64,000 bases of DNA from Eledone cirrhosa (GCA_964016885.1 OZ024751.1:45384001-45448000); one strand, 5' to 3'; positions 1 to 12,164 are shown, counted from the stretch's first letter. Notes: generated by a model not told the origin, from the letters alone. Numbers and translations: made by a program.

Positions 1-1754
1 ACAATTATATCAGAGTGAGTAAGAAACAGCCAGAGCTGTACTGATTATCTTGGACTAGCTTGTAAACCTATATACCATTTTATGCCAGAAATATAATTTA
101 AATAAAAATATCAATCCTAGTCAATGTTATTTCATGGTTATTTCGAAAGACTACAGCTCACAGGAAGAGGAAAAGTTACCGAGGAGAAGTCAATATGAGA
201 AAGGAGAACTCTATGTGAGTGAGAAAAACTAATGTGAGGAAGAAAGATATAGTATGACAGGAAGTTTCGGTTTTATGTGTCTATTTATTCATTTTTATTC
301 TGTTGACACCATCTTGGATAAGGAGGGAGCAGGAAGAGTTGGTCGTGATTAGAAACATGTCAAGCAAAACATATGGTGCACAAACAAGAATTGCCAGAGG
401 GAAAGTAACACGATTGGTGCAACTGTAACCTTGAAATTTATCTAATTGCTAAGAACAACAGGACATCTTGCATAACTGATGCAACAGGAGGAACAGAAGG
501 TCCGCAAGGGCTGTGTGAGTAGAGAGGAAGGGCTGTGAGAATCCTAAGATAAAGAGATAAAAGGTCAGTGGAATTTAAAGGTAAAGGAATAGAAGAACAC
601 TTGTTGGAATTTAAAGAAGAAAACCAGATGGTTATAAAATTATAAAAAAGCAGAAGAGGGAAGAATGATTCAACGAGGATGTGGTGGGATGGTAGAATAA
701 AATTAGAAGCAAGATCACTTGGGATGGACTGGTGTCCTGTCCAGGGGTGTGTGTGTCTTGTACCCACAGTCACTTAATACCTAATGAAACTGGGTTAAGC
801 TCCAGCATGATGAGACTCAAGGACAGACTTTAATTTTGAATATGAAAATGTTTTATTGTTAAAAGTATAATATTGAAATTTAGTTTAATATTGCAAGCTT
901 TGTAGTTTCCATTTGTGCAAGCATTTTTCTAAGATGGGAATTTTTTTTTTTTGTTAGTCAGTTTGTTAGGGGGAAGTCTTTAAGACTGGTGGAATGATGG
1001 GAGGAAGTTATCCTCAAACTAGGGATATGCTCTAAATGCTAACAACAGAAGGGACTCTACTAAAATCTTCCAAGTAGGCCATGGCAGGACTGGAACTTAG
1101 AACACAAGGAATCAGAATAAATACTGCAGGGTGGGTTAGCTGGATCTAAAAATTCAGATGTTTGCATGAATAGTGGAGAGAAGCTGAATGTTTTCACAAT
1201 TACATGGCCATAACAGCATTCATGTTTTTATGGCTAAAACTTCAAGTTGGAAGTGGTAACCCCAGGGATTAGGTTAGAGTTCCTAGTTATTTTCAGAAAA
1301 GTTACCATGACACAATATATGCAAAGAACACATTCTTTCCCCTAGTCTTTAAGGCTCTGAACAAAAAACGAAGTCGCAGATTGTCCCTTCCTCCTTTGAC
1401 TTAGCCATAAATGAAAAACAAAACGAAACAAAAAACCCTTAAATTATCTGTTATGTTGATTAGGTTAAAAAACAACAATAACAAAATAAGTTAAATATAA
1501 ATGTAATAGTATACAAAAAGCCAGTAATTATATTTTACACCCCCAACCTCACCCTATCACCTCTGTTTCCGCTGTTAATGAATAATAACCCTAATACTGA
1601 TCACTGTATGTCACATGAACTAATTCTTGCTAATATCTGAATTTAGTGAGCAATCATGGCGGCAATAATAATAATAATAATAATCATTAGCACAGATAAT
1701 TAGGTATCTGACAGAAGATTTCAGTTCAATGTATGATACAGTAATGGTAGAGGA

Positions 1755-2006
1755 TAAAACGTACCCAGTCCACCCTTTCAGTTGGTGGTGGTGATGATGG
1801 TGCCATGATAAAACGCACCTAGTCCACCCTGTCAGGTGGTGGTGGTGATGATGGTGTCATGACAAAACACACCCAGTCCACCCTGTTGAGTGGTTGTATC
1901 AGTACCAGGATAAAATGCACCCAGTCCACCCTGTCAAGTGGTTGTGACAGTGCCAGGATGTTAGCGTGGAAGATAGACGTTAAACGATGATGATGATGAT
2001 GATGAT
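1755..2006 (+). mobile_element. SINE body fragment with about four tandem copies of its central segment and an RTE-type (GAT)n tail
   Basis: Four copies of GATAAAA(C/T)GCACCCAGTCCACCCTGTCA..GTGGTTG, then GCGTGGAAGATAGACGTTAAACGATGATGAT; same body and tail as the copies at 8695 and 10660. Confidence 0.7.
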
Positions 2007-2760
2007 TAACAGTTTTATTTACATATATATGTATATATCATTATCATCTATTATTATGCATAAAATGATGTTTCACTTTAAAATGTTTTATTGCATATCG
2101 ATTGTTACATATGTTTCACAGATGATTGGCTTGACGTGTTCATCAATGCAATAGACCTGATTTATACAATATATATATATATATATAAAATCACCCACCA
2201 TACTCATACTGCACAAGACAAACGTATCTTATCAAACCATACCCCAGCTCTCCTAGTATAACATTAACCAATCTGCTCCAATTACTGGTATGGCGACAAT
2301 TGTCATCAGGTTGCAACCATCATATTATGTAGCACCCCCTCTCTCTCATATATATACACACACATTATATATATATATATAAAAATAAACCCAACAGAAT
2401 TACCCTCTGTATTATTCATTCATCTAATCCCTACCATAACAGTTAGGTAGATAAAACAGAAGAGAAGGGAGCAGGGGTGTATAGATAAGAAAAATCAACA
2501 AAAAATACCACCTCCCCTTATCACTGCCCCCACAGTCATTATTCCAATGAATGGCAAAAGAACTTCTATTGGCATTATATTAACATTAGTATCAATTATG
2601 GAACTCCTCAAAAGGGACGGCCGAGTCCTTCCTGTGCTTTTTTTTGTTTGGTCTTGTTTCCTCTAAGGAAACTATTAAATGATTTCACCATTATTATAGT
2701 TTTCAGTAGAGAACAAATGTAGTCTTTATTTGGCTTTTCTTTGAAATTATTTATGGGAAA

Positions 2761-2880
2761 ATGATGACAATGTTGGCATGATGGTGATGATGACAATGAT
2801 GGCATGATGGTGATGATGACAATGTTGGCATGATGGTGATGATGACAATGATGATGATGTGATGTGACAGTAATGATGAA
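2761..2880. repeat. (ATG)n-derived compound repeat with ~30-bp higher-order units
   Basis: ATGATGACAATGTTGGCATGATGGTG repeated about three times. Confidence 0.8.
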
Positions 2881-2988
2881 AGAGAGATTAAAAATGTAGT
2901 GATGTCATAGAAAAATAATTTCAGTTAAAGACACATGAATTACTGATTAATACCACACAGCCAAACCTATGCCCCACCTATCTCTCTC

Positions 2989-3032
<44 letters not shown>

Positions 3033-4254
3033 CACACATAGAGAGAGTGACAAGAGAGAAATAGATATAGAAAGGGAGTGTTTGGCTGTGCAAACAGTAG
3101 AAACAAAATGTAATACATGGGTAGAGTGATATATACACACATACAGTTCAATTTTCTATAGTGTCTGCTGGCCACCGTCCTCCATCTATAGGGGTATTTT
3201 ACCCCAAATTTTCTAAGCTATTATTTTTAACTGTTTTCAATTATTTTCTGTGTTCAAGATTCTCTAAGAATATATATATATACACACACACACACACGCA
3301 CATTTACTAAGAATATATATATAGATATATTTTTTTCTGTGTGTATCCAGGTTTAGAATAGGTATATCTTATCTGTGTGTGTCATAAGACGTGATTAAAA
3401 GGAAGGAAGGAAGGAAGGAAGGAAAGAAGGGATAGAAGAAGATCCACCCATAAAACTTTACCTAAAAAAGGACTCCATGATAAGGATGAAGCCTGACATG
3501 AGGCCACCAGGCTAACCCAAGCCTTAGAAAGGAAAATGGCCTTAAAATGTGTGTGTGTATATATATATATATTATTATAAGAACAGATAAAAGTTTAAGC
3601 TCTCTTCGGATTTTAGTCTACACATTTATTATTACTATATATATATTCCATTTATGTTGGATAGTTTTACTGATGGGTAGATCTTGTCATTCCCATTAGC
3701 AGACCATGATGCAACATCAAAGGAATATATTGGAATTCTGCCTTCTGTTTTCATTGAATTATTTAATTCCGTTCCTACACCAACCATAAGACACCACATT
3801 TCTAATGGATGATATGCACAACATTGAGTGCTTTTGATCATTGAAGTATTTATATATATATGGAGTTCAATTAGTTTCAGTGAGTGTTCCAGTTGTTTGG
3901 CTAATGAAAAACCTTTAGCATAGTCCACTTTATTATTTTAAAGTATTTGGGGCAATGGTTTACAGCCAAATGCCCTTCCTGGTGCTGACCCTTTTATTCA
4001 CCTCTTATCACATGCAGGGATATAGTGTACCTATTCTAGATCAGATACACACAGGCATATGCTGTACATATTCTAAACCAGACATACACAACATTGGTTA
4101 AACAAAGTGGACTAAAAAAAAATGGTCAAGCTATCACATAGGAACTGTCATTGGCTGAAGATCTTTGGTTTATTTCCAGCTCTGGTCATTGTCCCCCCAC
4201 CCTTTTATAAACCTTGCCTCCATACCGTAACTAATTCTCATGAAAAGTGAAATG

Positions 4255-4505
4255 AAAGTTACAGCTCCCACCTATGCAGGTTTAACTGGCTTATACAAGG
4301 TTGTATCTCATAGGATGGTGTTTTAATGATAGGAGTCCCCACTGTTATCCTATAGCTTTAGTTGGCCTCCTACAAGCTTTTCTCTCACAGGAGGTTTCTC
4401 ATGTGTTTTACTGTTAAAGGCTCCAGTCCAATCATGTTGTTACAGGTCACACCTATGTAGGTTTACCTGGCCTCCTAGAAGGGTATTTTAATGACAAAGG
4501 TCCTA
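4255..4505 (+). repeat. Dispersed repeat family (ACAGCTCACACCTAT..AGGTTTA.CTGGCCTCCTACAAGG / AATGATAGGGACCCCAGT), partial tandem copies
   Basis: Matches by eye the array at 40760-41190 and the reverse copy at 56775-56985. Confidence 0.65.
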
Positions 4506-5677
4506 GTCTTTTGATGAAAAGTAACATAAAATGAAATATCTTGCTCAAGAACACAATCCAACACAACACTGGTCCAGGAATCGAACCCTCAACCTTATGA
4601 TCAGAAGTCCAACACCCTAAACTACACACCTTATCATTACCGAGTTCTAATCCTTTCTCCTGACAATATGTACCATCTGGCTGTGTTTATTGAGGTATCA
4701 TTTGATACCTTAGATCCTCAGCTCTCTTTATATTTTGTTTCCAGCTTAGTTTACATACCTCTCAAACAAAACATATCCAACAGATATTTTTACACATCTC
4801 ATTAGTTTCTTAAGTTCTGTCACTACTGTTTCTCTGTCTTACAATATTTCATGTGGAATATGTGTATAACAATGCTATGGTGTACAGATATTACTGCCTC
4901 CTCCATCATAGACATTTCTAATTTTGGCACGCTTCATTCTTTTGAGGCCGATAAAAAAAAAAGTACCAGTCTTATACTGGGATCAATTCTTTGTCCCTAT
5001 CAGTCTCACTTTCTCTCTCTCTCTTTCTATGGAAGAAATTAGTTGTGTTCAGACCTAGAGAGAAAGAGAGAGAGGATGGGCTCTGCCAGGTTTAAAGTGT
5101 CCACTACACACCATGTGTTATTAGGGTGCCACCAGGACTCCAGCAGGAGTTAGGGGTCTATATACACAATTTAGGTGCTAGAGCATACATTTTGGGGGGA
5201 GGAAGGGAAAAATCAACTTTATCGACCCTCAGCATTTGATCAATATTTTATTTTATCAACCTTGGAAGGATGGAAAGTAAAGTTGACGTCGGCAGGATTT
5301 GAACTCAGACTGAGGAAATTTGTAATTAAATACCTACCACAAAGCATGTCAGACATCCCACTAATACTGCTGACCCACCAACCTCCTTGTTCATCATAAC
5401 AGAAGCATTAACTGTTAGCCCTTAATATCTCATCACTGTAACACTTACTATCCCATCCCCCCACCCATCAATATTAATTAGTTTAAATCAAATAATATGA
5501 GCTGCTTTCTTGACATGAAGGCATGTGTGGCCTAGTTAGGGTGTTGAACTCAGGACCCTAATGTTGTGGGTTTGAGCCCTAAGCTGAGCAGTGTGCTGTA
5601 TTCTTGAGCAAGTCATCTCAGTTTATTCTGCTTTTTATGAGAGGACTGAGGCCCTTATTAAAATATGAAAGGACTGG

Positions 5678-6422
5678 GGTGATTCTAAGACAGAGGTGAT
5701 TCTAAGACGGAGGTGATTGTATGACGGAGGTAATTATATGACAGAGGTGATTGTATGACGGAGGTGATTGTATGACGGAGGTGATTCTAAGACAGAGGTG
5801 ATTCTAAGACGGAAGTAATTATGACAGAGGTGATTGTATGACAGAGGTGATTCTAAGACGGAGGTGATTGTATGACGGAGGTGATTCTAAGACGGAAGTA
5901 ATTATATGACAGAGGTGATTGTATGACGGAGGTGATTGTATGACGGAGGTAATTGTATGACGGAGGTGATTCTAAGACAGAGGTGATTGTATGACGGAGG
6001 TGATTCTAAGACGGAAGTGATTGTATGACGGAGGTGATTCTAAGACGGAGGTGATTGTATGACGGAGGTAATTATATGACAGAGGTGATTGTATGACGGA
6101 GGTGATTGTATGACGGAGGTAATTGTATGACGGAGGTGATTCTAAGACGGAAGTAATTATATGACAGAGGTGATTGTATGACGGAGGTGATTGTATGACG
6201 GAGGTGATTCTAAGACGGAAGTAATTATATGACAGAGGTGATTGTATGACGGAGGTGATTGTATGACGGAGGTGATTGTATGATGGAGGTGATTGTATGA
6301 CGGAGGTGATTCTAAGACAGAGGTGATTGTATGACGGAGGTAATTATATGACAGAGGTGATTGTATGACGGAGGTGATTCTAAGACAGAGGTGATTCTAA
6401 GACAGAGGTGATTGTATGACGG
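5678..6422. repeat. 17-bp minisatellite, about 44 units with interspersed variants
   Basis: Units GGTGATTCTAAGAC(A/G)GA, GGTGATTGTATGACGGA and (A/G)GTAATTATATGACAGA. Confidence 0.97.
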
Positions 6423-6834
6423 TATGACATACATAATTATCATTTTAAAATCATATTAAACAATATCAGTAAATATTTTATCACACAACAGTATGTTAAA
6501 CAACTGCTTGACATATCATGATCCACCAGGGGTATCCATTGATGTGGAAGTTCAAGGGTAAGGGTAAAATGGAAATTGTGCTGAGTATACCTTTGCCCCC
6601 CCCCCCACACCTCAGCACCCCATAGAAGAGGGAGTGAATTAGGAATGTAAGTGAATAGAAACTGGGTCGCAGATTCCGATAACTAGGCCTGCTATCTACC
6701 CAAGAACCCAGCTTTCCATCCAACAGTTCTTAGATAAATGAATAAATAAACATATCAAGACAAAATATTCTGTTACGGAATAACAAATTTTAATTTCTTA
6801 CAAAAATAACAAAATTCGAATAAAAGAGAGGAAT

Positions 6835-6846
6835 ATATATATATAT

Positions 6847-6898
<52 letters not shown>

Positions 6899-6937
6899 GT
6901 GTGTATGTATATATATGTGTTCACACATCGGTTGGCC

Positions 6938-6980
<43 letters not shown>

Positions 6981-7037
6981 AATATCAAGAAAATCTGAAT
7001 TATGTTCATATATATATATATATATACATATATACAT
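6835..7037. repeat. (TA)n microsatellite cluster
   Basis: Three long TA runs. Confidence 0.95.
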
Positions 7038-7286
7038 ACAGAAAGAGAGGTGGGGGAGGGGGGGGGGAAATGAATTGGTGAACATTAATAACCAAGAAAA
7101 AAAGCACAAAACACCTGATAAAGACAAACAACAACATAACACAAAAATACAGCAACAATAGCAACAACAACAATAGTATAATATAGCAACAATATGACAA
7201 CAGTGAAAAAGAAAAAAAAAGGAGAATAACAACAGTTAAGAAGAATGAAGAAGACAGCAATAAAACTAGTTGTGTAAGTGACTTAC

Positions 7287-7829
7287 CCTGGCATCACTTG
7301 TAAAATTTAGGAGGGACCTGCTGTCCTCTAGAGAGAACTTGTGGTTTTATGTAGAGAAGAAATTGTGTTTTGGTCTGACAGCCAGGGGAGTCCTGGGGGT
7401 GGTGGTGGGCTGAGATTGTCGGGAGGAGGGTAGTGGTGGAGCAGCTGGGGGGAGAGAGGTAGGTGGGTGTTGGAAATATTATTGAAGACAAAACAGTGAA
7501 AGCAGGCACAACACAGACATGTGTGGAAGGGCCAGAGGGGTGGCTGGGTGGGTACGGTGTAGGATGTAGGTAATGTACCTGCTAAAACCACCAAGTTAGT
7601 TTGTGTACTCCTCCTCCTCCTCCTTCTACCAAGGAGATGTTTAGTTGTGGTGGTGGTGGCAGTGGTGGTGAGAGAGTGTTGGAAGGAAGAGGTGGAGGAG
7701 GAGGAAGGTAGGAAGGAAGGAAGGAAGGAAGAAAGCAGCCTGCCTGTCTGTCTGTCTATCAGCTCTGAGACATTATTTCTGGTGTAGCTGTTCCATCTGT
7801 GTTGGTGTTAACCCCTAACAACTAGAACT
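7287..7829 (-). other. Candidate first exon of a minus-strand host gene: long 5' UTR ending in a 3-codon start (M-P-G, phase 2) at a consensus splice donor
   Basis: Minus strand reads CAAGTG ATG CCA GG|GTAAGT (ATG 7294-7292, donor 7286-7281) with an in-frame TAA five codons upstream. The segment is unique and GC-richer than its flanks. Inr-like TCAGTT at 7831-7826. No downstream exon could be identified in 1-7280. Confidence 0.45.
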
Positions 7830-7857
7830 GAACTGGAGAGGGAGATAGAAGTGTGTG

Positions 7858-7891
<34 letters not shown>

Positions 7892-7985
7892 AAAGAAGAG
7901 TATGGGAGAAGGAGAAAGTAATAGGAGAGAGAGAGAGAGAGAGAAAAAGACGTGAATAGATGGAGAGAAAGAGGAAGATTGTTAA

Positions 7986-8021
<36 letters not shown>

Positions 8022-8170
8022 GGGGTGGGGAGAGTGAGTTGAGTGTGAAGTAGGAGGAAATCCTGGAAGTGGTGCTACTCCACTCACACTTTCCTTCGAC
8101 TCCACTCACACCCTCACTCGACTCCACTACTGAGAGCAACAGGGAAGTAGCACCAGTCCTGCTTGAGAGC
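7826..8170 (-). promoter_or_regulatory. Candidate core and proximal promoter: Inr TCAGTT, (GA)n tracts, ETS-like site
   Basis: Inr-like 7831-7826 (second TCAGT at 8133-8129); three (GA)n tracts in 7860-8017; CTGGAAGTG at 8063-8071; ACTCCACT direct repeats bracketed by a 10-bp inverted repeat (8070-8079 / 8146-8155). Confidence 0.4.
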
Positions 8171-8637
8171 GCACACACACACAGAATGCACATATATACA
8201 CATGCACATACATACACATACACAGACACATGTACACACGCACACATACATGCATACACAGTGCACATCCATATGTACACAAGCACACAGACATACATAT
8301 ACATGCACATATACATCTACAAGGAGTAAATCAGTTGGACAAGAGACTCATGAAAAACACATTAGAGAGCAGACATACAGAAATAAAGTGAACATTTTAT
8401 ACACATACACACACAACCATCTATCTATCTCAAAAATATAACTATCTATCTGTCTATATGTCTATCTATATCTACCTATCTAGATGGATATGCTTGTGTG
8501 AAGATATATCTATGTATGTGTGCATCTCTCTCTCTGTCTCTCTGTGTGTATATGTGTGTGTGTATGTGTATGTATATATAAAAGTATGTATTCCTATGTG
8601 TAAATAATACACAGGGATACAAGTATTTTCCAACCGT

Positions 8638-8694
<57 letters not shown>

Positions 8695-8695
<1 letters not shown>

Positions 8696-8977
8696 TGTTG
8701 GTGCCACAACATCCAGGCCGAAACAAATGAGATCGTGTAGGTGTCACGACAAAAAAACACACAGTCCACGCTGTAATGTGGCCGTGTAGGCAACACGGTA
8801 AAAACCTCCCAGTCCCACACTGTAAATGTGGTTGGTGTTAGGAAGGGCATCCAGCTGTAGAAAACCCGCCAGACAGTCCTATGCGAGCAAGACAACCACT
8901 CTTGCCTCAAGTGGGAAAACTCCCGTTCAAACCCATGCAAGCGTGGAACATGGACGTTAAACGATGATGATGATGAT
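8695..8977 (+). mobile_element. 5'-truncated SINE (AGGAAGGGCATCCAGC domain, RTE-type tail) inserted in (TA)n
   Basis: GGTTGGTGTTAGGAAGGGCATCCAGCTGTAGAAA ... CCCATGCAAGCGTGGAACATGGACGTTAAACGATGATGATG. Confidence 0.8.
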
Positions 8978-8993
8978 ATATATATATATATAC

Positions 8994-9024
<31 letters not shown>

Positions 9025-9069
9025 TATGCCCACATGCATAGATATATCTTGTATATATATAAATATATA

Positions 9070-9170
9070 TATAAATATTTGCTCTAGGGTTCTTATATAT
9101 TTGATATATATTTATCCTTATCGAGCCCTCTTTGGATTTTAGCCTTCAAATTTATTATTATTACTATATA
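9070..9170 (+). repeat. ~100-bp unit, left copy of a direct repeat flanking the maT element
   Basis: ATAAATATTTGCTCTAGGGTTCTT...GAGCCCTCTTTGGATTTTAGCCTTCAAATTTATTATTATTACTATA, repeated at 10059-10160; related ends near 3600 and 38440. Confidence 0.9.
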
Positions 9171-10005
9171 CAGGGTGCGGACGATATTTGTTTGCAATTT
9201 TCAACTGCTAATTTTATGCAAATTCTTTTTACTTCCGTTGTCACTCTTGTCTTCATAAAAACAGTGACTATATTTCCATTATTTATTTTCAGAATATTTG
9301 ATTATGAATAATTTTGAACCTCCAAATTTGTGGAAGAGACACGGAGTTCTTCTTGGAATCCGCGCCGGGAGGACAAATAAGGAAATTTCAGACTTTCTCA
9401 GCGTCACCAGGAGAATGGTGTCTCATCCAAAGACGTGCCCAGAGTCATGCAGACAAAGTTTCCAATGACAACATTAGTCTTAGGTGTCGTCATGCCACCT
9501 CTACCCTGACGGCCTCAAGCTGAACACCGATGGCTACATCCGCGTTCTGAGTGAGGTAGGCCGTACATGTGGCAGCAAGACTCAGCGCCCTGCCATACCA
9601 GCCGAAAGACCCAAGCCTGGCTGCCAGAGAACTTCGTCGACCACACTTCACCTGACATCTGGCCTCCCAGCTCGCCTGACTGCAACTCCCTCGACTTCTT
9701 TGTGAGGGGGCGGAGTGGAACGAGACACCAACAGATCTAGCTGCAATACGAAAGACGATCTGAAGGCCAGGATCACAAGTGCCTTTAGGGGCCTAAGTCG
9801 GGGGACAGTGACGAGGGCCTGTAGCCAATTCCGAGGCCGCCTTGAGGCCATCATCAAAGCCAATGGTGGGTTCATCGAGTGAGATCGAAAGAACAAGTCA
9901 TGAAGACAAACTGACCCAAGTTTGATAAATATATCTTAAAAAAATAAAACTACTGTGTTATTTTTTCCTAGACAGTAATCTTGTGAACAGATATCGTCCG
10001 CACCC

Positions 10006-10007
<2 letters not shown>
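9171..10007 (+). mobile_element. Internally deleted Tc1/mariner-superfamily DNA transposon, DD37D (maT) family, with transposase pseudogene
   Basis: TIRs CAGGGTGCGGACGATAT(T/C)TGTT at 9171 and inverted ending at 10007, TA on the left. Translation YMWQQDSAPCHTSRKTQAWLPENFVDHTSPDIWPPSSPDCNSLDFFV has 37 residues between the 2nd and 3rd catalytic D; after a frameshift it continues GGVERDTN..RACSQFRGRLEAIIKANGGFIE*. Confidence 0.92.
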
Positions 10008-10048
<41 letters not shown>

Positions 10049-10058
10049 TAAATATTAT

Positions 10059-10160
10059 AATAAATATTTGCTCTAGGGTTCTTATATATTTGATATATAT
10101 TTATCCTTATTGAGCCCTCTTTGGATTTTAGTCTTCAAATTTATTATTATTACTATATAT
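10059..10160 (+). repeat. ~100-bp unit, right copy of the direct repeat flanking the maT element
   Basis: Near-identical to 9070-9170 (two visible C/T differences). Confidence 0.9.
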
Positions 10161-10613
10161 ATATATATTTTTTTTTTATAAATAAAATGTGTGTGTTTAT
10201 CTCTGTGTCTTTATAGCGTACATCATTGATCTGTAAAAATAAAAGCAGCAGCAAAAAACATGGGAAAACTGGAATTGTAACACACATCCACACACAACCA
10301 AGCACAAAACAAAAGTACTATAGATAAATTAGTGTGTGTCTAAACGTGTGCACAGGTGTGCATGTGTGTGTGCACAGGTGTGCATGTCTATATAAAGTAA
10401 AAGATATAGTATTGTTTGAACACTGACTGTTGTTATTGTTCAACCCTAGGTCAACTCAGATGAAGCAGATATATGATCAAAACTGTAGTTATGAACCTTA
10501 AACTCAGAAGATAGGATACATTCTCAGACTCAATGTCAGAACTTACTGGGCTCTACTCAGACTCCATGATAGGCTTATCCTAGTTATGAACAGATGATCA
10601 AAGAGACAGTAGG

Positions 10614-10655
<42 letters not shown>

Positions 10656-10659
10656 CACA

Positions 10660-10941
10660 CAAAAAGCACCCAGCCCACAATGTAAAGTGGTCGTGTAGGT
10701 GCCACGACAAAAAGCACCCAGTCCACATTTAAGTGGTCATGCAGGTGTCACCTCAAAATGCACCCAGCACACACTGTAAATATAGTTGGTGTTAGGAAGA
10801 TCATCCAACCATAGAAATCCAGCCCAAACCAGTTCTGTATGAGCAAGTTATAGACACCGGACCTGGCTTGTTTCACAACGGGGCAACTCATCTAAGCCAT
10901 GCTAGTATGGAAAATGGATGTTGAATTGTGATGATGATGAT
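10660..10941 (+). mobile_element. 5'-truncated SINE with RTE-type tail
   Basis: Triplicated AAAAGCACCCAG..CACA.TGTAAAGTGG segment, GGTGTTAGGAAGA.CATCCA, GCTAGTATGGAAAATGGATGTT..GATGATG tail. Confidence 0.75.
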
Positions 10942-10947
10942 TATATA

Positions 10948-11175
10948 TATTTTTATTTTTTACGATCGACTTTCGCCAAATCGGACCGAGGAAACAATGT
11001 TTCAATTGGTCTTTCCAATTGCTAATACTATCTATCGGTCGCAACTCCAGGTAGAAGGAGCAACGTAAAATAAAGTGTCTTGCTCAAGGACATAACGCAT
11101 CGCCCGGTCCAGGAATCGAACCCACAACCTCACGATTGCGAATCCAGTTCTCTAACCACTCAGCCACACGCCTTC
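10948..11175 (-). mobile_element. Young full-length tRNA-derived CORE-like SINE with a distinct structured 3' domain and A-rich tail
   Basis: Minus strand: A box TGGCTGAGTGG, B box GGTTCGATTCC, CORE-like TCCTTGAGCAAGACACTTTA, CpG-rich 3' region, tail AAAAAATAAAAA. Confidence 0.85.
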
Positions 11176-11409
11176 ACTATATATATATATATATATACAC
11201 GGAAAAAAATGTAACGAAATTTCATTTCTCACTCTTAGTACGGCTGTTATACATACTTATATTTATATATATGTAAAAGGTAAACAGAAATAACACAATC
11301 GGTACAGTATATGGAAGGGATATATTAGGTTAACGCTTAATATAGTAGGAAGAGGGTCTTACATACACACACACACATATCTATATATATAAGACGGTTA
11401 TATTGGAGA

Positions 11410-11615
11410 CATGGTGAAAAAGCAGCCAGTCCATGCTGTAACTTTCTGGCATTAGGAATGGCATTCAGCTATAGAAAACAAACCAAAATACAGATCCATA
11501 CGAGCAAGACGTGGTTACCTGACTTGAATTGTCTCACAATGGGACAACTCGTCTAACCCATGCTAGCATAGAAAATGGACGTTAAACATTGATGTTGATG
11601 ATGGTGATAATGATG
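11410..11615 (+). mobile_element. Degenerate SINE 3' half with RTE-type tail
   Basis: GGCATTAGGAATGGCATTCAGCTATAGAAA ... CTAACCCATGCTAGCATAGAAAATGGACGTTAAACA.TGATG. Confidence 0.7.
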
Positions 11616-12164
11616 TAATATGTATATATATTTATTTTGGCAATACACACATATATATAATACATATTATATTTCACCACTTTGCTATTACTGTACCTTT
11701 TATGTATTAAATATTATCAATACATCTTGAGATAAATTGAATGAAGACAATCAGGGAGGTCAGGTTGGGGAGAGAGAAAGTAACAATTGGTTGTGGTGGT
11801 GGTGTGTATAATCATCATCATCATCATCATCTCCATTTAATATATACATATACACATTATGTATATATACATATTTAGGGTGAGAGAGGGAGAGGGGTGG
11901 GGGTGGGGGGGAAGAGACAGAAAGGTTCAATTTTGGAAGAATAAATTTGTAACCATCTGAGATATTACCCCCCCCCCCCCCCAAAAAAAAAACATTTCTG
12001 AAATTTTTCATTTTACTAAAATATCTGAAACTAAAGTAATATTAGAAGTTCACTAACTGCTTTTCATTGACAACCTAAAGTGACAGAAACAATTCTATAT
12101 GTCTGTGTGTTTGTGTGTGTGTGAGTATGTGTGTGTTTGTAGATACTGACAAAAACCACCATCA

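Noticed and set aside
438-773. 111-aa minus-strand ORF
   Set aside because: Begins inside a SINE fragment and runs through a purine-skewed tract; no recognisable motif.
5678-6422. GGAGGTGAT Shine-Dalgarno match followed by ATG, giving ATGA-coupled hexapeptide ORFs (MTEVIV*)
   Set aside because: A coincidence of the 17-bp unit; the flanks are animal SINEs and microsatellites with no bacterial signal.
11090-11175. tRNA genes at SINE heads (also 13500-13577, 21780-21858, 29830-29918)
   Set aside because: A and B boxes are present but there is no complete acceptor stem, and each continues into a SINE body and tail.
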